DNA from: Thermoplasmata archaeon
Lineage (GTDB): Archaea; Thermoplasmatota; Thermoplasmata; Lutacidiplasmatales; UBA184
DNA length: 64,000 nt
Reading direction: 5' to 3'
Assembly: GCA_049802875.1 (NCBI GenBank)
Contig: JBARNH010000054.1
Location: 12,393 to 76,392 of the forward strand
A program made the translations under genes and the position numbers. Position 1 is the stretch's first letter; each line of letters starts with the position of its first letter. Shown one piece after another: positions 34,221 to 43,339 of this stretch. Below the pieces are notes generated by a model. It had not been told where the DNA came from. It worked only from the letters and a program-made list of their open reading frames with translations, and searched no databases.

Positions 34221-35180
34221 TCATGCGGCGGCCGAGCGGACCGAGAGGTACCGCGCGAGGTCGCGGGGGAACGTCCGCCGGGTCAGGCCAATGCGGACGC
34301 CGCTCGGACGGCCAAAGAACGAGCCGGGGCAGACGAGGATCGATGCCCGGAGACAACGACGGGCAAACCGGTTCCCGTCCGGAGGGACCGGGTCGTCGAA
34401 CGCCACCGGGGCGGAGAGTTCGGGGCGTCCGGGGTTCGCGAGATGCCAGAGGGATTGGTGGCGACGGATCAGCGATCGGACCTCTCTCAGGAGACGATTC
34501 CGGCGGGCGAGAATCGCGAGAGCTCCGGCGACCGAGTAGATCGGCATCTCGTCGGCGACCAGTCCATGAAACCGAGCGAAACCGTCCGCCTCCCCTTCCG
34601 GAGGTATCACGAACCCGACCCGCAGGTCGTCTGCCCCGTACACCTTCGTGAACGAGCCAGTGCTCCAGAGTCCGGGGAGACCCAGCCGCTGAACGGACGG
34701 CGCCGGAGTAAATTCGCGGAACGTCTCGTCGACCAGCGTCGCTCGCGCACCTTCGGACCAGGTGGTCAATCGCTCGACGGACCACAGGTCGCCGACCGGA
34801 TTCCTCGGCTGAGATATCGTAGCCAGCTCGGAGGTGCCACGCCCGGTCGTGATCCGAAACCCGGCCAGTCGAGGAAGGTCGATGAGCGGGGGGTACTCGG
34901 GGTAGAGCACTCGGCACCGGGCTGCCCGGCCCGAACGGGCCCGGCGGAGGTAGAACACCGCCCACGAGTTTGCCTCCGTGGCCCCGTGGGTCAGGAAGAC
35001 GCGCGAGGCGTCGACCCCGAGCAGGCTCGCGAGCTGAACGCGCAGTTCCGCTTCGGTCCCCGACCGCAGGTCGGCGGCGGACGGGACCGGGAGCCGCACG
35101 GTGCGATACATTCCGCTCCCGCCGAGATTGTGACGACAGGTGACGTGATCGTCAATCCAATCCGCGAGGGGGAACCGCAT
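34221..35180 (-). CDS. class I/II PLP aminotransferase (HisC/CobD-like)
   Basis: THGATEANSWAVFYL...ISQPRNPVG...LVDETF...STGSFTKVYGADDLRVGF includes SFTK, the PLP-binding Lys. The track start is GTG 35198. ATG 35180 lies about 26 nt from a TATA-like box, so I prefer it. Confidence 0.78.
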   Translation of the reverse strand: MRFPLADWIDDHVTCRHNLGGSGMYRTVRLPVPSAADLRSGTEAELRVQLASLLGVDASRVFLTHGATEANSWAVFYLRRARSGRAARCRVLYPEYPPLIDLPRLAGFRITTGRGTSELATISQPRNPVGDLWSVERLTTWSEGARATLVDETFREFTPAPSVQRLGLPGLWSTGSFTKVYGADDLRVGFVIPPEGEADGFARFHGLVADEMPIYSVAGALAILARRNRLLREVRSLIRRHQSLWHLANPGRPELSAPVAFDDPVPPDGNRFARRCLRASILVCPGSFFGRPSGVRIGLTRRTFPRDLARYLSVRSAAA

Positions 35181-35201
35181 CACCGGCGCGAGGCCCACGG
35201 G

Positions 35202-35209
35202 CGCTAAAG
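35202..35209 (-). promoter_or_regulatory. TATA-like box (minus strand CCTTTAGC)
   Basis: Centred about 26 nt upstream of ATG 35180. Confidence 0.45.
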
Positions 35210-35400
35210 GTCTCTCCCGGTGGAGGCCGAAAAAGAGGATGCCGAGACTGATGCAGAAGATTTCCTACGCGTGCGGGGAATCCCCATGAGTTCAACATCC
35301 TGTCGTCGCCTCAGGAGCTCAAGTTGACGCTGATTCGGAAGGTGTCACTCCGCTCCTCCGAACGGGCAGCCCCTCCCTCAATCGGCTCATCCGGGGGCCC

Positions 35401-36651
35401 GTGAGCCCGCGGCCCGCCCTTCGAGGGATCACGGCCTTGATGGTGCGTGGGCCGCGAGGGGCGTTTCGCTGGACGGCCTACGTCCTGGCGGTCACCGCCT
35501 TTGCCGCCGCGATTCCCACACCGCTCTACCCCAGTTACGAGGATCATTTCCAGTTCTCCTCCGGAGCGCTGGGGTTGATGTTCGCCGCCTACACTCCGGG
35601 GGTATTCGTCACCCTCTTCTTCGTCGCTCCGCAAGCCGATCACCTGGGTCGCAAGAAACTGCTCTACCTCGGGATGATGCTGACGATGCTGGCAGCCGTC
35701 GTCTTTGCCTTCGCGTCGGGGATTCTCTGGCTGGCGCTCGCCCGATTCATTTCTGGACTCGCGGTCGGAGCCACCACGAGCGTCGCCACCGCCGCGATGA
35801 GTGATTTGGAACCTCATCACGACGATCATCATGTGGCCCGCGTCGCCGTCGCGTCGAACTTTGGCGCCTTTGCGATCGGGGCGATCCTGAGCGGTTTTCT
35901 CGTGCAGTACGCTCCCTACCCCACCGCGTCGGTCTATCTCCTTGCCGTCGTAGCGGGGGGGGTTGGCCTGCTGGCCGTATCGGTCACCCCGGAAACGGGG
36001 ACCGACCTGCACGTACCGTTCCGCATTCAACGCATCTCGGTCCCTGCGCAACTGCGTCCACCGTTCTGGGTAGCGGTCGGCGCCATCGCCGCCTGCTATT
36101 CTATCTACGGTCTCTTCGCTGCCCTCATTCCGTCGTACGTTCGAACCGAGATCGGGATCTCCAGCCCTCTGGTGGCGGGGTCCATCGTCGCGCTGATGTT
36201 CGGAACGGCGGCGGTCATTCAGCTTGCGACGGCACAAACTCGAGACCGACGCGCCCTCCTGCTCGGATTCCCCCTGCTCCTCGGCGGACTCGTCGCCCTC
36301 GTGCTCATCCTGCCGCTGCTGGCGTGGATGCTCGTCGTCCTCGTGACGGCGCCGTTGGGGGCCGCGGTGGGGCTCACGTACATGGGGAGCACCACCCTCT
36401 GTGACCGCATCGCCCCGGAGGGCGATCGGGGAGAGATCCTCGCGGGATTCTACCTTGCCGGGTATCTCGCCCTCGCGGTCCCTACCATCGGGGTCGCGGA
36501 AGTGTCGGACCAAGTAGGGTTGGCCACGGCCGGCACCCTGTTTGGGATCGCCCTCGCGGTCGTGGTGGCGGCGCTCTACTGGAGGGCCTACCGAATACCG
36601 ACCCCGATAGGTGGGGGCGGCCGCCCTCGGGACCCGCCCGTGGGGGGCTAA
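35401..36651 (+). CDS. MFS transporter
   Basis: 416 aa, about 12 TM helices, with the loop 2-3 motif PQADHLGRKKLL. Starts at GTG. Confidence 0.88.
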   Translation: MSPRPALRGITALMVRGPRGAFRWTAYVLAVTAFAAAIPTPLYPSYEDHFQFSSGALGLMFAAYTPGVFVTLFFVAPQADHLGRKKLLYLGMMLTMLAAVVFAFASGILWLALARFISGLAVGATTSVATAAMSDLEPHHDDHHVARVAVASNFGAFAIGAILSGFLVQYAPYPTASVYLLAVVAGGVGLLAVSVTPETGTDLHVPFRIQRISVPAQLRPPFWVAVGAIAACYSIYGLFAALIPSYVRTEIGISSPLVAGSIVALMFGTAAVIQLATAQTRDRRALLLGFPLLLGGLVALVLILPLLAWMLVVLVTAPLGAAVGLTYMGSTTLCDRIAPEGDRGEILAGFYLAGYLALAVPTIGVAEVSDQVGLATAGTLFGIALAVVVAALYWRAYRIPTPIGGGGRPRDPPVGG

Positions 36652-36753
36652 GCACGACCGGTGGGGTCTGGACCCCCAAGCCGGTACGAGGGTGGGCGTT
36701 GGGATGCGAGTCGAACCGAACGGTCTTGAGCGGAGGAGGAGACTCGTCCGCCG

Positions 36754-37269
36754 ATGACTCGTCGGGTCCGTCGTTCGGCGTCAGTACAGGTCGGCCCCAA
36801 CGGTCGGATCCTCGCGCTCTCGGCTGCGTGGTTTTCGGACGGCGCCCGGCGCCGGAACGAGGCGCGACGCGACGCTCGGTGCGTGGAATGCCACCGCGCC
36901 CTGCCCTCCCATCGAACGCCGTACTGCTCGCGCCGATGTCAATGGCAGTTCCACGGTCACTACTTCTGGGACTCGGCTCGGTCGTTCGTGATGCTGCGGG
37001 ACCGGTACACGTGCCGGCTCTGCGGGGTCCGGCGTCGGGCTCGGGAACTCGACGTCGACCACATCATCGAGATCGTTCTCGGAGGCGCGGCCCTAGAGTA
37101 CTCCAATCTCCAGACCGTCTGCCGCGAGTGTCACGGTCGGAAAACGCGCGACTTCCTCCGTCGCTCCCGGGCCGACCGCTCATCTCGGGTGGATCACGCG
37201 GAAGCGCTCGTCCCGAGCGAGCGTTCGAGTTCCGATATCGAGAACGGAAGACCCGTCCCGGTGTTGTAG
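36754..37269 (+). CDS. HNH endonuclease with N-terminal zinc-ribbon
   Basis: CVECHRALPSHRTPYCSRRCQ provides the zinc ribbon. CRLCG...DVDHIIEIVLGG...NLQTVCRECHGRKT is the HNH beta-beta-alpha-metal core. The 3' end overlaps the convergent thrC by 76 nt. Confidence 0.75.
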   Translation: MTRRVRRSASVQVGPNGRILALSAAWFSDGARRRNEARRDARCVECHRALPSHRTPYCSRRCQWQFHGHYFWDSARSFVMLRDRYTCRLCGVRRRARELDVDHIIEIVLGGAALEYSNLQTVCRECHGRKTRDFLRRSRADRSSRVDHAEALVPSERSSSDIENGRPVPVL

Positions 37270-38399
37270 AGCAACACCGTTTCCCCGGGACGGATCGCGC
37301 GCTCCCGGACGAGCGCAGCGAGCGCGGCGTAGGGCGCTGCCCCCTCGGGCGAAGCGGAGATGCCGTGGAGCCGGGCCAGGTCTCGCATCGCCGCGACGAG
37401 ACCGGGGTCCGTAACCGTGACCCCCGACCCCCGGCTCCCTCGGATCGCTTCGAGAACTCGCTCGGAGTCGAACGGCGCCGGTACGATCAGCCCCGGGGCG
37501 AGGGTGTGCGGGTCCTCCCACGGGGCGGCGGACGCCGAGTCGTCGCGCAGCGCCCGCACGATCGGGGCGCACCCATCGGGTTGGACCGAGTAGAGCCGGG
37601 GAACTCGCTCCGATAGGCCGAGCGCGCGAAGCTCTTGGAATGCCTTGTAGATGCCGACGACCCCGGTCCCGCCGCCCGTAGGACACACGATTGCGTCGGG
37701 GATCTCGTTCCCTCTCATCTGCTCGAAGATCTCGAGTCCCATGGTCTTCTTTCCCTCGACCCGGTACGGCTCCCGGAGGGTCGACATCTCGAACGACCCG
37801 TTCCCACGCTCCGCCGTACGAGCGGCCGCCCCCACCTCCCGAAGTGTGCCCGGGAGCTCGACCACCCGAGCCCCGTAGGCTCGACAGCCCTCCTTCATCG
37901 GCTCCGGGGTGCGCTCCGGGAGGTAGACGCGCACTCGGAGGCTCGCCCGCGCTCCGTACGCGGCGAGCGCCACCCCCGCGTTCCCGGCGCTGGGGACGAA
38001 CAGTTCTCGGAGACCCAGTTCGCGGGCGCGGGAAACCGCGACGGCCATCCCGCGCGCCTTGAAGGAGCCGGTCGGGAGGCCGCCGTCGTCCTTGAGGAAC
38101 ACTCGAACCCCGGCCGCCCCGGGAACTTCGGCCAGCGGAAGGATCGGCGTCAATCCTTCTCCGAGGCTGACGATGCGTTCGGTCCGCTGAACGGGGAGAA
38201 GCTCCCGATATCGCCACAGGTTCGGGGCACGGGAGAGGAGGGCGGATGTCCAGCGCGCGGCCTCCAGCTTCTCGAGGTTGTAGGTCGCCAGCAGGGTGTG
38301 ACCGCAGGTCGGGCAGGTCCCGACCGCTTGCGCGGGGTCCACTTGCGCACAGCAGGCGCGGCAGTCGAGGGACGAGAGGAGAGACCCGGTCTCGGTCAT
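37194..38399 (-). CDS. thrC: threonine synthase (archaeal type with N-terminal zinc ribbon)
   Basis: CRACCAQ...CPTCGH, then LKDDGGLPTGSFKARGMAVAVS (PLP-binding Lys), PSAGNAG and CPTGGGTG. Trimmed to ATG 38399. The track ORF extends through the tRNA-Val gene. Confidence 0.92.
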   Translation of the reverse strand: MTETGSLLSSLDCRACCAQVDPAQAVGTCPTCGHTLLATYNLEKLEAARWTSALLSRAPNLWRYRELLPVQRTERIVSLGEGLTPILPLAEVPGAAGVRVFLKDDGGLPTGSFKARGMAVAVSRARELGLRELFVPSAGNAGVALAAYGARASLRVRVYLPERTPEPMKEGCRAYGARVVELPGTLREVGAAARTAERGNGSFEMSTLREPYRVEGKKTMGLEIFEQMRGNEIPDAIVCPTGGGTGVVGIYKAFQELRALGLSERVPRLYSVQPDGCAPIVRALRDDSASAAPWEDPHTLAPGLIVPAPFDSERVLEAIRGSRGSGVTVTDPGLVAAMRDLARLHGISASPEGAAPYAALAALVRERAIRPGETVLLYNTGTGLPFSISELERSLGTSASA

Positions 38400-38471
38400 G
38401 GTTCGCCCCGGCGCCGGATGCGTCGTTGGCCGAGGGAGGCTACCGGTCTCAGAGCGGAGGCGCCGAACGAG

Positions 38472-38544
38472 TGGGCTCGGCCGGATTCGAACCGGCGGTC
38501 TTCGCTGTGTGAGAGCGACGTCGTAACCACTGGACCACGAGCCC
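38472..38544 (-). tRNA. tRNA-Val (CAC)
   Basis: Folded by hand on the minus strand. Acceptor GGGCTCG/CGAGCCC, anticodon stem TCGCT/AGCGA with loop CTCACAC, T arm GCCGG-TTCGAAT-CCGGC, discriminator A. 73 nt, no intron and no encoded CCA. Confidence 0.88.
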
Positions 38545-38570
38545 GACGCCGAGGGTCGAGGTCCCGCCTC

Positions 38571-38578
38571 ACTTAAGC
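38571..38578 (-). promoter_or_regulatory. TATA-like box (CTTAAG core) for tRNA-Val
   Basis: Centred about 30 nt upstream of the tRNA 5' end at 38544. Confidence 0.5.
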
Positions 38579-38581
38579 GTG

Positions 38582-39466
38582 TTACAACGGCACCGAAAGG
38601 ACCGCGGGCAGTACGAGGCTGGCGGCGACGGTGAGGATGAGGCCGCTCGCGAGGGCGAGGCTCCCGGCTTCCGCGTCGCCGTACCTCGTCACGAAGTAGA
38701 GTGTCGTGTCCATGGACGTCGCTCCCCCCAGCGCCGCCAGTCCGGCGCCCCGAAGGCGACGGCCCAGGTACGGCGAGAGGATCATCGTGAGATCCTCCCG
38801 GAGAAAATTGGTCAGAAACGCGAGAAGTCCGAGGATGGCGCCGACGCGGGCTCCCACCAGCGGGCCCGCCAGCGAGTAGAATCCGAACGCGAGCGACGTC
38901 GCGAGCGCGGTCGAAAGGGCGAGATGGTCGACCACGGCGAAGAGCGCCGCGGCCGCCACCGCACCGACCGTCGCAGCGGTCAGGGGCACCCAGACGTTGC
39001 GCAAGGCGGAGAGCCTGAGCGGGATGTCGAACCCGACGAGCGCGAGGAGGACGTAGAGCACCCACGGGATCGATGCGCTGGCGGGCAGCGGGACGAGCCG
39101 ACCGGTCCCCAGGCCGACCAGAAGGGAGACGAGGAGCACAGCGCTCAGCGGCAACCGCTCGTCACGACCGGGAGGGGGGAGGGGCTCAGCGGGGGCCGGG
39201 CGGAGCTGCGCGATCGCCAGGTAGACCCCAGACGTCAGGCCGAGGATCAGGACCGCAAAGGCCACGGCGACAGGAACCGTCGCGAGCAGCGAAACCCAAG
39301 GAACATCGTTGAGCGAGGCGCCGAGGAGGCCGACGAGCACGACGACGGTGAGGAGTGTGGCCCGCGGCACCCAGGGCCCGCGACGAGGAAAGAGTCGTCC
39401 CGCGATGAACCCGAGCGCGAACGCGATGTAGAGGAACGGGTCGAACGCCACAGGGAGACTAACCAC
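38582..39466 (-). CDS. LysO/DUF340-like membrane protein
   Basis: 294 aa and polytopic, with two internally similar halves. The size and the GFYSLAGPL-type segment are reminiscent of the lysine exporter LysO family. This assignment is by eye only. Confidence 0.45.
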   Translation of the reverse strand: MVSLPVAFDPFLYIAFALGFIAGRLFPRRGPWVPRATLLTVVVLVGLLGASLNDVPWVSLLATVPVAVAFAVLILGLTSGVYLAIAQLRPAPAEPLPPPGRDERLPLSAVLLVSLLVGLGTGRLVPLPASASIPWVLYVLLALVGFDIPLRLSALRNVWVPLTAATVGAVAAAALFAVVDHLALSTALATSLAFGFYSLAGPLVGARVGAILGLLAFLTNFLREDLTMILSPYLGRRLRGAGLAALGGATSMDTTLYFVTRYGDAEAGSLALASGLILTVAASLVLPAVLSVPL

Positions 39467-40799
39467 TCCAGGTCGTCATCCCCACCGGTCGTCGTCGCGC
39501 CGCCGGGGGACCCAACTCCACGGTCTCGTCCCGATGAGCTCCGTAGCCGACGTACTCGATGGGGACCCCGGTCTCGTCTTCGATAAACTCGAGGTACCGC
39601 CGAAGGGGGGTCGGGAGGACCGACGGTCCCTCACGACGGATGCGTTCCTTGAGCCGCTCGTGGAACTCGGGCCATCCGGGCAGGAGCTCGTACACCGGCT
39701 CGGCCGTGGCGAGATCGTCCGCGCTGCTCGGTGGTGCGTCGCGGATGAGCGAGCCGTTGGGCATCCGGTACTGAGTGCAGACGGGGATCTCGTCCATCCC
39801 CCCGAGGACGTCGACCTTGGTGATCGCGAGGGAAGTGAACCCGTTGAGTCGCGTCACGTATCGGAGCAGCACGAGGTCGAGCCATCCGCAACGTCGCGGT
39901 CGCCCGGTGGTGGCGCCTCGCTCCCCGCCGACGCGACGCAAGAATTCGCCTCGTTCCCCGGTGTCCTCGGTCGGGTACGGTCCCGCACCGACCCGGGTCG
40001 AGTACGCCTTGGCGACGCCGACCACGCTGTCGAGTTCCGTGGGCGGAATGCCGCTCCCCATCAACGCCCCCGCGCTCGTCGGGTGGGAGCTGGTGACGTA
40101 CGGGTACGTACCGAAATCCAGGTCGAGGAGTGCACTTTGGGCGCCCTCCAACAGGATCATATCTCCCCGAGCCGCGGCATCCCAGAGAATCGGTTCGGTC
40201 GGCCGAATGTAGGGCGCTAGCCGCGCTCCGACCTCGACCAGTCGAGCCGTCAGCTCTTCGACGGGGGGTAGGTTCGGAAGGTGGGTCTTGGTGGCGTACA
40301 GGAGGTCGAGTCGTTCGCGCAGGACCGCCGGTCGGCTGAGCTCCGCCAGGCGGACCCCGAATCGCGCCGCCCGGTCGGAGTAGGCGGGCCCGACGCCGCT
40401 GCGCGTCGTCCCGAGCACCGCCCCGGGACGGTGCTTCGCTCGGAGTTCATCCTCCCAAACGTCCTCGAGCTCGTGTACGGGGAGGATGACGTGCGCCCGG
40501 TCCGATAGGACGACTTCCCCGCGCAACAAGCCGCGTCGCTCGAGTCCTTGCAGCTCCTCCTCGAGCTTGAACGGCTGGATCACCATCCCGGGCCCGCTGA
40601 TCGCCGTCACTCCGTGGCGCAGCACTCCGCACGCGATCTGATGCAGGACGACCGGGCCCTCGGGGAGCAGGATCGTGTGACCGGTGTTCGGTCCCCCGGC
40701 GCTCCGCACGACGTACCGCGCGGACGCCGCCATGAAATCGGCGATCTTCCCTTTCGCCTCGTCGCCGAACTGCGCCCCGAGCACGACGCGGACCGTCAC
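39459..40799 (-). CDS. purA: adenylosuccinate synthetase
   Basis: VVLGAQFGDEAKGKIAD (P-loop), GGPNTGHT and TTGRPRRCGWLDL. Trimmed to GTG 40799, giving MTVRVVLGAQFGDE. The track ORF adds 71 implausible residues. Overlaps the next gene by 8 nt. Confidence 0.92.
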   Translation of the reverse strand: MTVRVVLGAQFGDEAKGKIADFMAASARYVVRSAGGPNTGHTILLPEGPVVLHQIACGVLRHGVTAISGPGMVIQPFKLEEELQGLERRGLLRGEVVLSDRAHVILPVHELEDVWEDELRAKHRPGAVLGTTRSGVGPAYSDRAARFGVRLAELSRPAVLRERLDLLYATKTHLPNLPPVEELTARLVEVGARLAPYIRPTEPILWDAAARGDMILLEGAQSALLDLDFGTYPYVTSSHPTSAGALMGSGIPPTELDSVVGVAKAYSTRVGAGPYPTEDTGERGEFLRRVGGERGATTGRPRRCGWLDLVLLRYVTRLNGFTSLAITKVDVLGGMDEIPVCTQYRMPNGSLIRDAPPSSADDLATAEPVYELLPGWPEFHERLKERIRREGPSVLPTPLRRYLEFIEDETGVPIEYVGYGAHRDETVELGPPAARRRPVGMTTWSG

Positions 40800-40901
40800 C
40801 GTCGCTTCCCCGCGGACCCGGAGCGGAGCGGATAGAAGGCAGTTGTGCCTCTTCGCTCCGTACGGCCGCGTTGCGGCGGAGACGGTTCGGTTGCCACAAC
40901 G

Positions 40902-40909
40902 GTAAAGAG
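40902..40909 (+). promoter_or_regulatory. TATA-like box GTAAAGAG for the aminotransferase gene
   Basis: Centred about 27 nt upstream of ATG 40933. Confidence 0.4.
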
Positions 40910-40932
40910 GGGAACGACGGTCGCGCGGCGAA

Positions 40933-42066
40933 ATGGTCGCCCGACGGGTACGCACGGTTGAGATCTCGGGCATCCGCAAGATGTTCGAAGCCGCGCCCCC
41001 GAACTCGATCAACCTCGGTCTCGGGGAACCCGACTTTGAACCGCCCCCGGAAGTGGTTGAGGCGCTCTGCGCGGCCGTCCGCGACGGAATGAACCACTAC
41101 GGCCCATCGGCCGGGATGGGCGAGCTCCGGGACAAGGTCGCCGAGCGGTACCGCGACCGCGAACCGAAGACGAGCCGGGAGAACGTCATCGTGACGGGGA
41201 GCGGCTCCGAGGGGTTGATGGCCACCGCGCTGGCCCTGTACGACCCCGGAGACGAGGTCCTCGTGCCGAACCCCGGCTTCGTGCTCTACGGGCCGGACGC
41301 GCGGTTGATGGGTGCGACCCCGGTGCCCTACTCGCTGCCCGGGCGCCGTCGCTACCTGCCGGACCTCGACGAGCTCGAGAAGCTCGTCAGTCGCCGGACC
41401 CGAGCGATCGTCGTGAACAGCCCCTCGAACCCGACGGGAGGGGTCTTCCCGTCCGCGGTCGTCGACAAGATCGTCGCGTTCGCCGAGCGGCACGACCTCA
41501 TGATCGTGTCGGACGAGGTCTACGAGGAGATCGTCTACGAGGGGACCTTTGCGTCGTTCTGGGGACGAACCGACCGCGTCGTGATCGTGAATTCGTTCTC
41601 CAAGACGCTCGCGATGACCGGCTGGCGGATCGGCTACCTCGTCGCTCCGCGCCCGCTCGCGCTCGACCTCAACAAGATGCATTACCACATCATGGCGTGC
41701 CCTCCAACGCCCGCCCAGATCGCGGTGCTCGCGGGCCTATCGAACAGCGAGAAGGCGGTGCGTCGGATGGTCCGGGAGTTCCGGACCCGGCGCGACCTGG
41801 TCGTCCGTCTGCTCCGCCGCATCCCCGGGGTCGAGATCGTCCCACCCTCGGGGGCCTTCTACGCCTTCCCGCGGTTTCGGTGGCCCAAGTCCTCGTCCGA
41901 GGTCGCGACCGCCCTGCTGCGTCGGGGCGTCATCATGACCCCGGGCGACGCCTTCGGCTCGCTCGGGGCATCGCACCTCCGGCTCTCCTTCGCCGCTTCG
42001 CGGTCGAACCTCGAGAAGGGGATCGGGATCCTTCGCGACTACGCGAGCGAGGTGGACCGCGCGTGA
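40933..42066 (+). CDS. aspC: class I (aspartate/aromatic) aminotransferase
   Basis: ISGIRKMFE...INLGLGEPDF...VVNSPSNPTG...NSFSKTLAMTGWRIGY (PLP-binding Lys). Confidence 0.92.
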   Translation: MVARRVRTVEISGIRKMFEAAPPNSINLGLGEPDFEPPPEVVEALCAAVRDGMNHYGPSAGMGELRDKVAERYRDREPKTSRENVIVTGSGSEGLMATALALYDPGDEVLVPNPGFVLYGPDARLMGATPVPYSLPGRRRYLPDLDELEKLVSRRTRAIVVNSPSNPTGGVFPSAVVDKIVAFAERHDLMIVSDEVYEEIVYEGTFASFWGRTDRVVIVNSFSKTLAMTGWRIGYLVAPRPLALDLNKMHYHIMACPPTPAQIAVLAGLSNSEKAVRRMVREFRTRRDLVVRLLRRIPGVEIVPPSGAFYAFPRFRWPKSSSEVATALLRRGVIMTPGDAFGSLGASHLRLSFAASRSNLEKGIGILRDYASEVDRA

Positions 42067-42181
42067 TCGTCGAGATCGTGGGCTACCTGTTTCGGGCGTT
42101 CGGCCACGTCCGGTTCGACGAGGCGGGGCGCGATCTCGATCACGTGGGGGCGGAACTCCTTCGGCTCGGGCGGCGGACCCG

Positions 42182-43339
42182 CTAGCTCCCGCGGATCTCC
42201 CGATACAGTGCGCGATGTCGCGCGGTCGCGACGGACCAATCGTACGCCTTCACCCGGTCGGCCGCCACTCGGACTCGGTCCCGCGTACCGGCGGCGTCTT
42301 CGGTGACCGCGCGAAGCGCGGCCGCGAGCCCTTCCGGGTCTCCGTAGCGAACGAGACGGCCGGCGCGCCCGTGATCGACCACTTCGGGGACCCCGCCAAC
42401 CGTGGTCGCGACCAGGGGGATGCCCGCGACCATCGCTTCGAGCAGCACGAGACCGAACGCTTCGTACTCCGACGGGAGTACGAGCGCTCGCGCCCCTCGG
42501 AAGACGGCCCGGTACTCCCCCTCGTCCGCTACGTGGCCGAGGAAGAGGACCTCGCGATCGATACCGAGGGTGCGAGCCCGAGCCTCGAGGTCGGCCCGTT
42601 CGCCCCAGTCGCGTCCCATGACCACGAGCGGGCAACGGTGAGACGGCTCGATCCGGGTCAGCGCCTCGAGCAATGTCGGGAGTCCCTTGTTGGGGGCGAC
42701 CCGGCCGGTGAAGAGAAAATACTCGGGGGGAAGTCCCGCCGGGGCCGGTGGGTCGTTCTGCGGGGCGGACCACGCGGCGAGGTCGATCCCCGGTGGGATG
42801 ATCCGGATCCGGTCGGCGGGAGCGAACTCCCGCACGAGCGCCGCCTCGTACTCGGTCTCCACGACGAGCGCGCGCGCGACGCGGTAGGCGGTCGCGCCGA
42901 ACCCCACGTCCTGCATCCGAAGGAGCCCTCGCTTGCCCGCCGGTTCGCGGAGGTCGGCCGGATGATAGTGGGTGGAGACGACGAGCGGGATGCCCCGCCG
43001 ATCAGCGACCGTGGCGGACTGAAGGACGTGGCCGTACCGGTGAGAGTGAGCGTGGATCACATCGGCTCCGCTCTCCGCGAGCGCGTCGACGAGCCCCACC
43101 ATCATCGGCATCGTGAGTCCGGGGACGAGTTTCTTGCGAATCGAGAACCGTCGGACGGGGACACCGTCGACCTCGGCTCGATAGTTGGAGCGTCGCTCCC
43201 AGCGGGACTCGTCGAACAGGTCGCTCGCGAACACCTGCACGTCGTCTCCCGCCTCCCGAAGTCGGCGAGTGATCTCCCGTACGTTGGTTTCGACCCCCCC
43301 GGGGGCATCGAATCGGAGCGCGACGTGGACAACCTTCAA
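42182..43339 (-). CDS. GT4-family glycosyltransferase
   Basis: GRVAPNKGLPTLLEAL...LPSEYEAFGLVLLEAMVAGIPLVATTVGGVPEVV carries the EX7E motif. The probable start is TTG 43339, which overlaps the upstream TGA (TTGA). The track ORF starts at 43393. Confidence 0.85.
   Translation of the reverse strand: MKVVHVALRFDAPGGVETNVREITRRLREAGDDVQVFASDLFDESRWERRSNYRAEVDGVPVRRFSIRKKLVPGLTMPMMVGLVDALAESGADVIHAHSHRYGHVLQSATVADRRGIPLVVSTHYHPADLREPAGKRGLLRMQDVGFGATAYRVARALVVETEYEAALVREFAPADRIRIIPPGIDLAAWSAPQNDPPAPAGLPPEYFLFTGRVAPNKGLPTLLEALTRIEPSHRCPLVVMGRDWGERADLEARARTLGIDREVLFLGHVADEGEYRAVFRGARALVLPSEYEAFGLVLLEAMVAGIPLVATTVGGVPEVVDHGRAGRLVRYGDPEGLAAALRAVTEDAAGTRDRVRVAADRVKAYDWSVATARHRALYREIRGS

Noticed and set aside
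35239-35340. Possible C/D box sRNA in the less GC-rich spacer upstream of the MFS gene (CTGATGC ... GCTGATTC)
   Set aside because: The putative C box is imperfect (UGAUGC). The boxes are about 80 nt apart, which is longer than typical archaeal C/D sRNAs. I could find no convincing internal D'/C' boxes or terminal stem on either strand.
36699-37616. 305-aa ORF in an alternative frame over the HNH gene region
   Set aside because: Only the 36754 frame yields the zinc-ribbon and HNH motifs. The alternative frame is Arg/Pro/Ser-rich and continues antisense into thrC.
38400-39065. N-terminal extensions of track ORFs. Examples are 37194..39065 beyond 38399, 21588..22376, 29341..30390, 50210..50659, 29024..30019, 40800..41012, 26293..26868, 27595..27837 and 61418..61528
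   Set aside because: The extensions run through tRNA genes or through neighbouring genes, are Arg-rich, and precede an internal start that gives the canonical family N-terminus. That internal start often comes with a 4-nt overlap or a TATA-like box at about -27.
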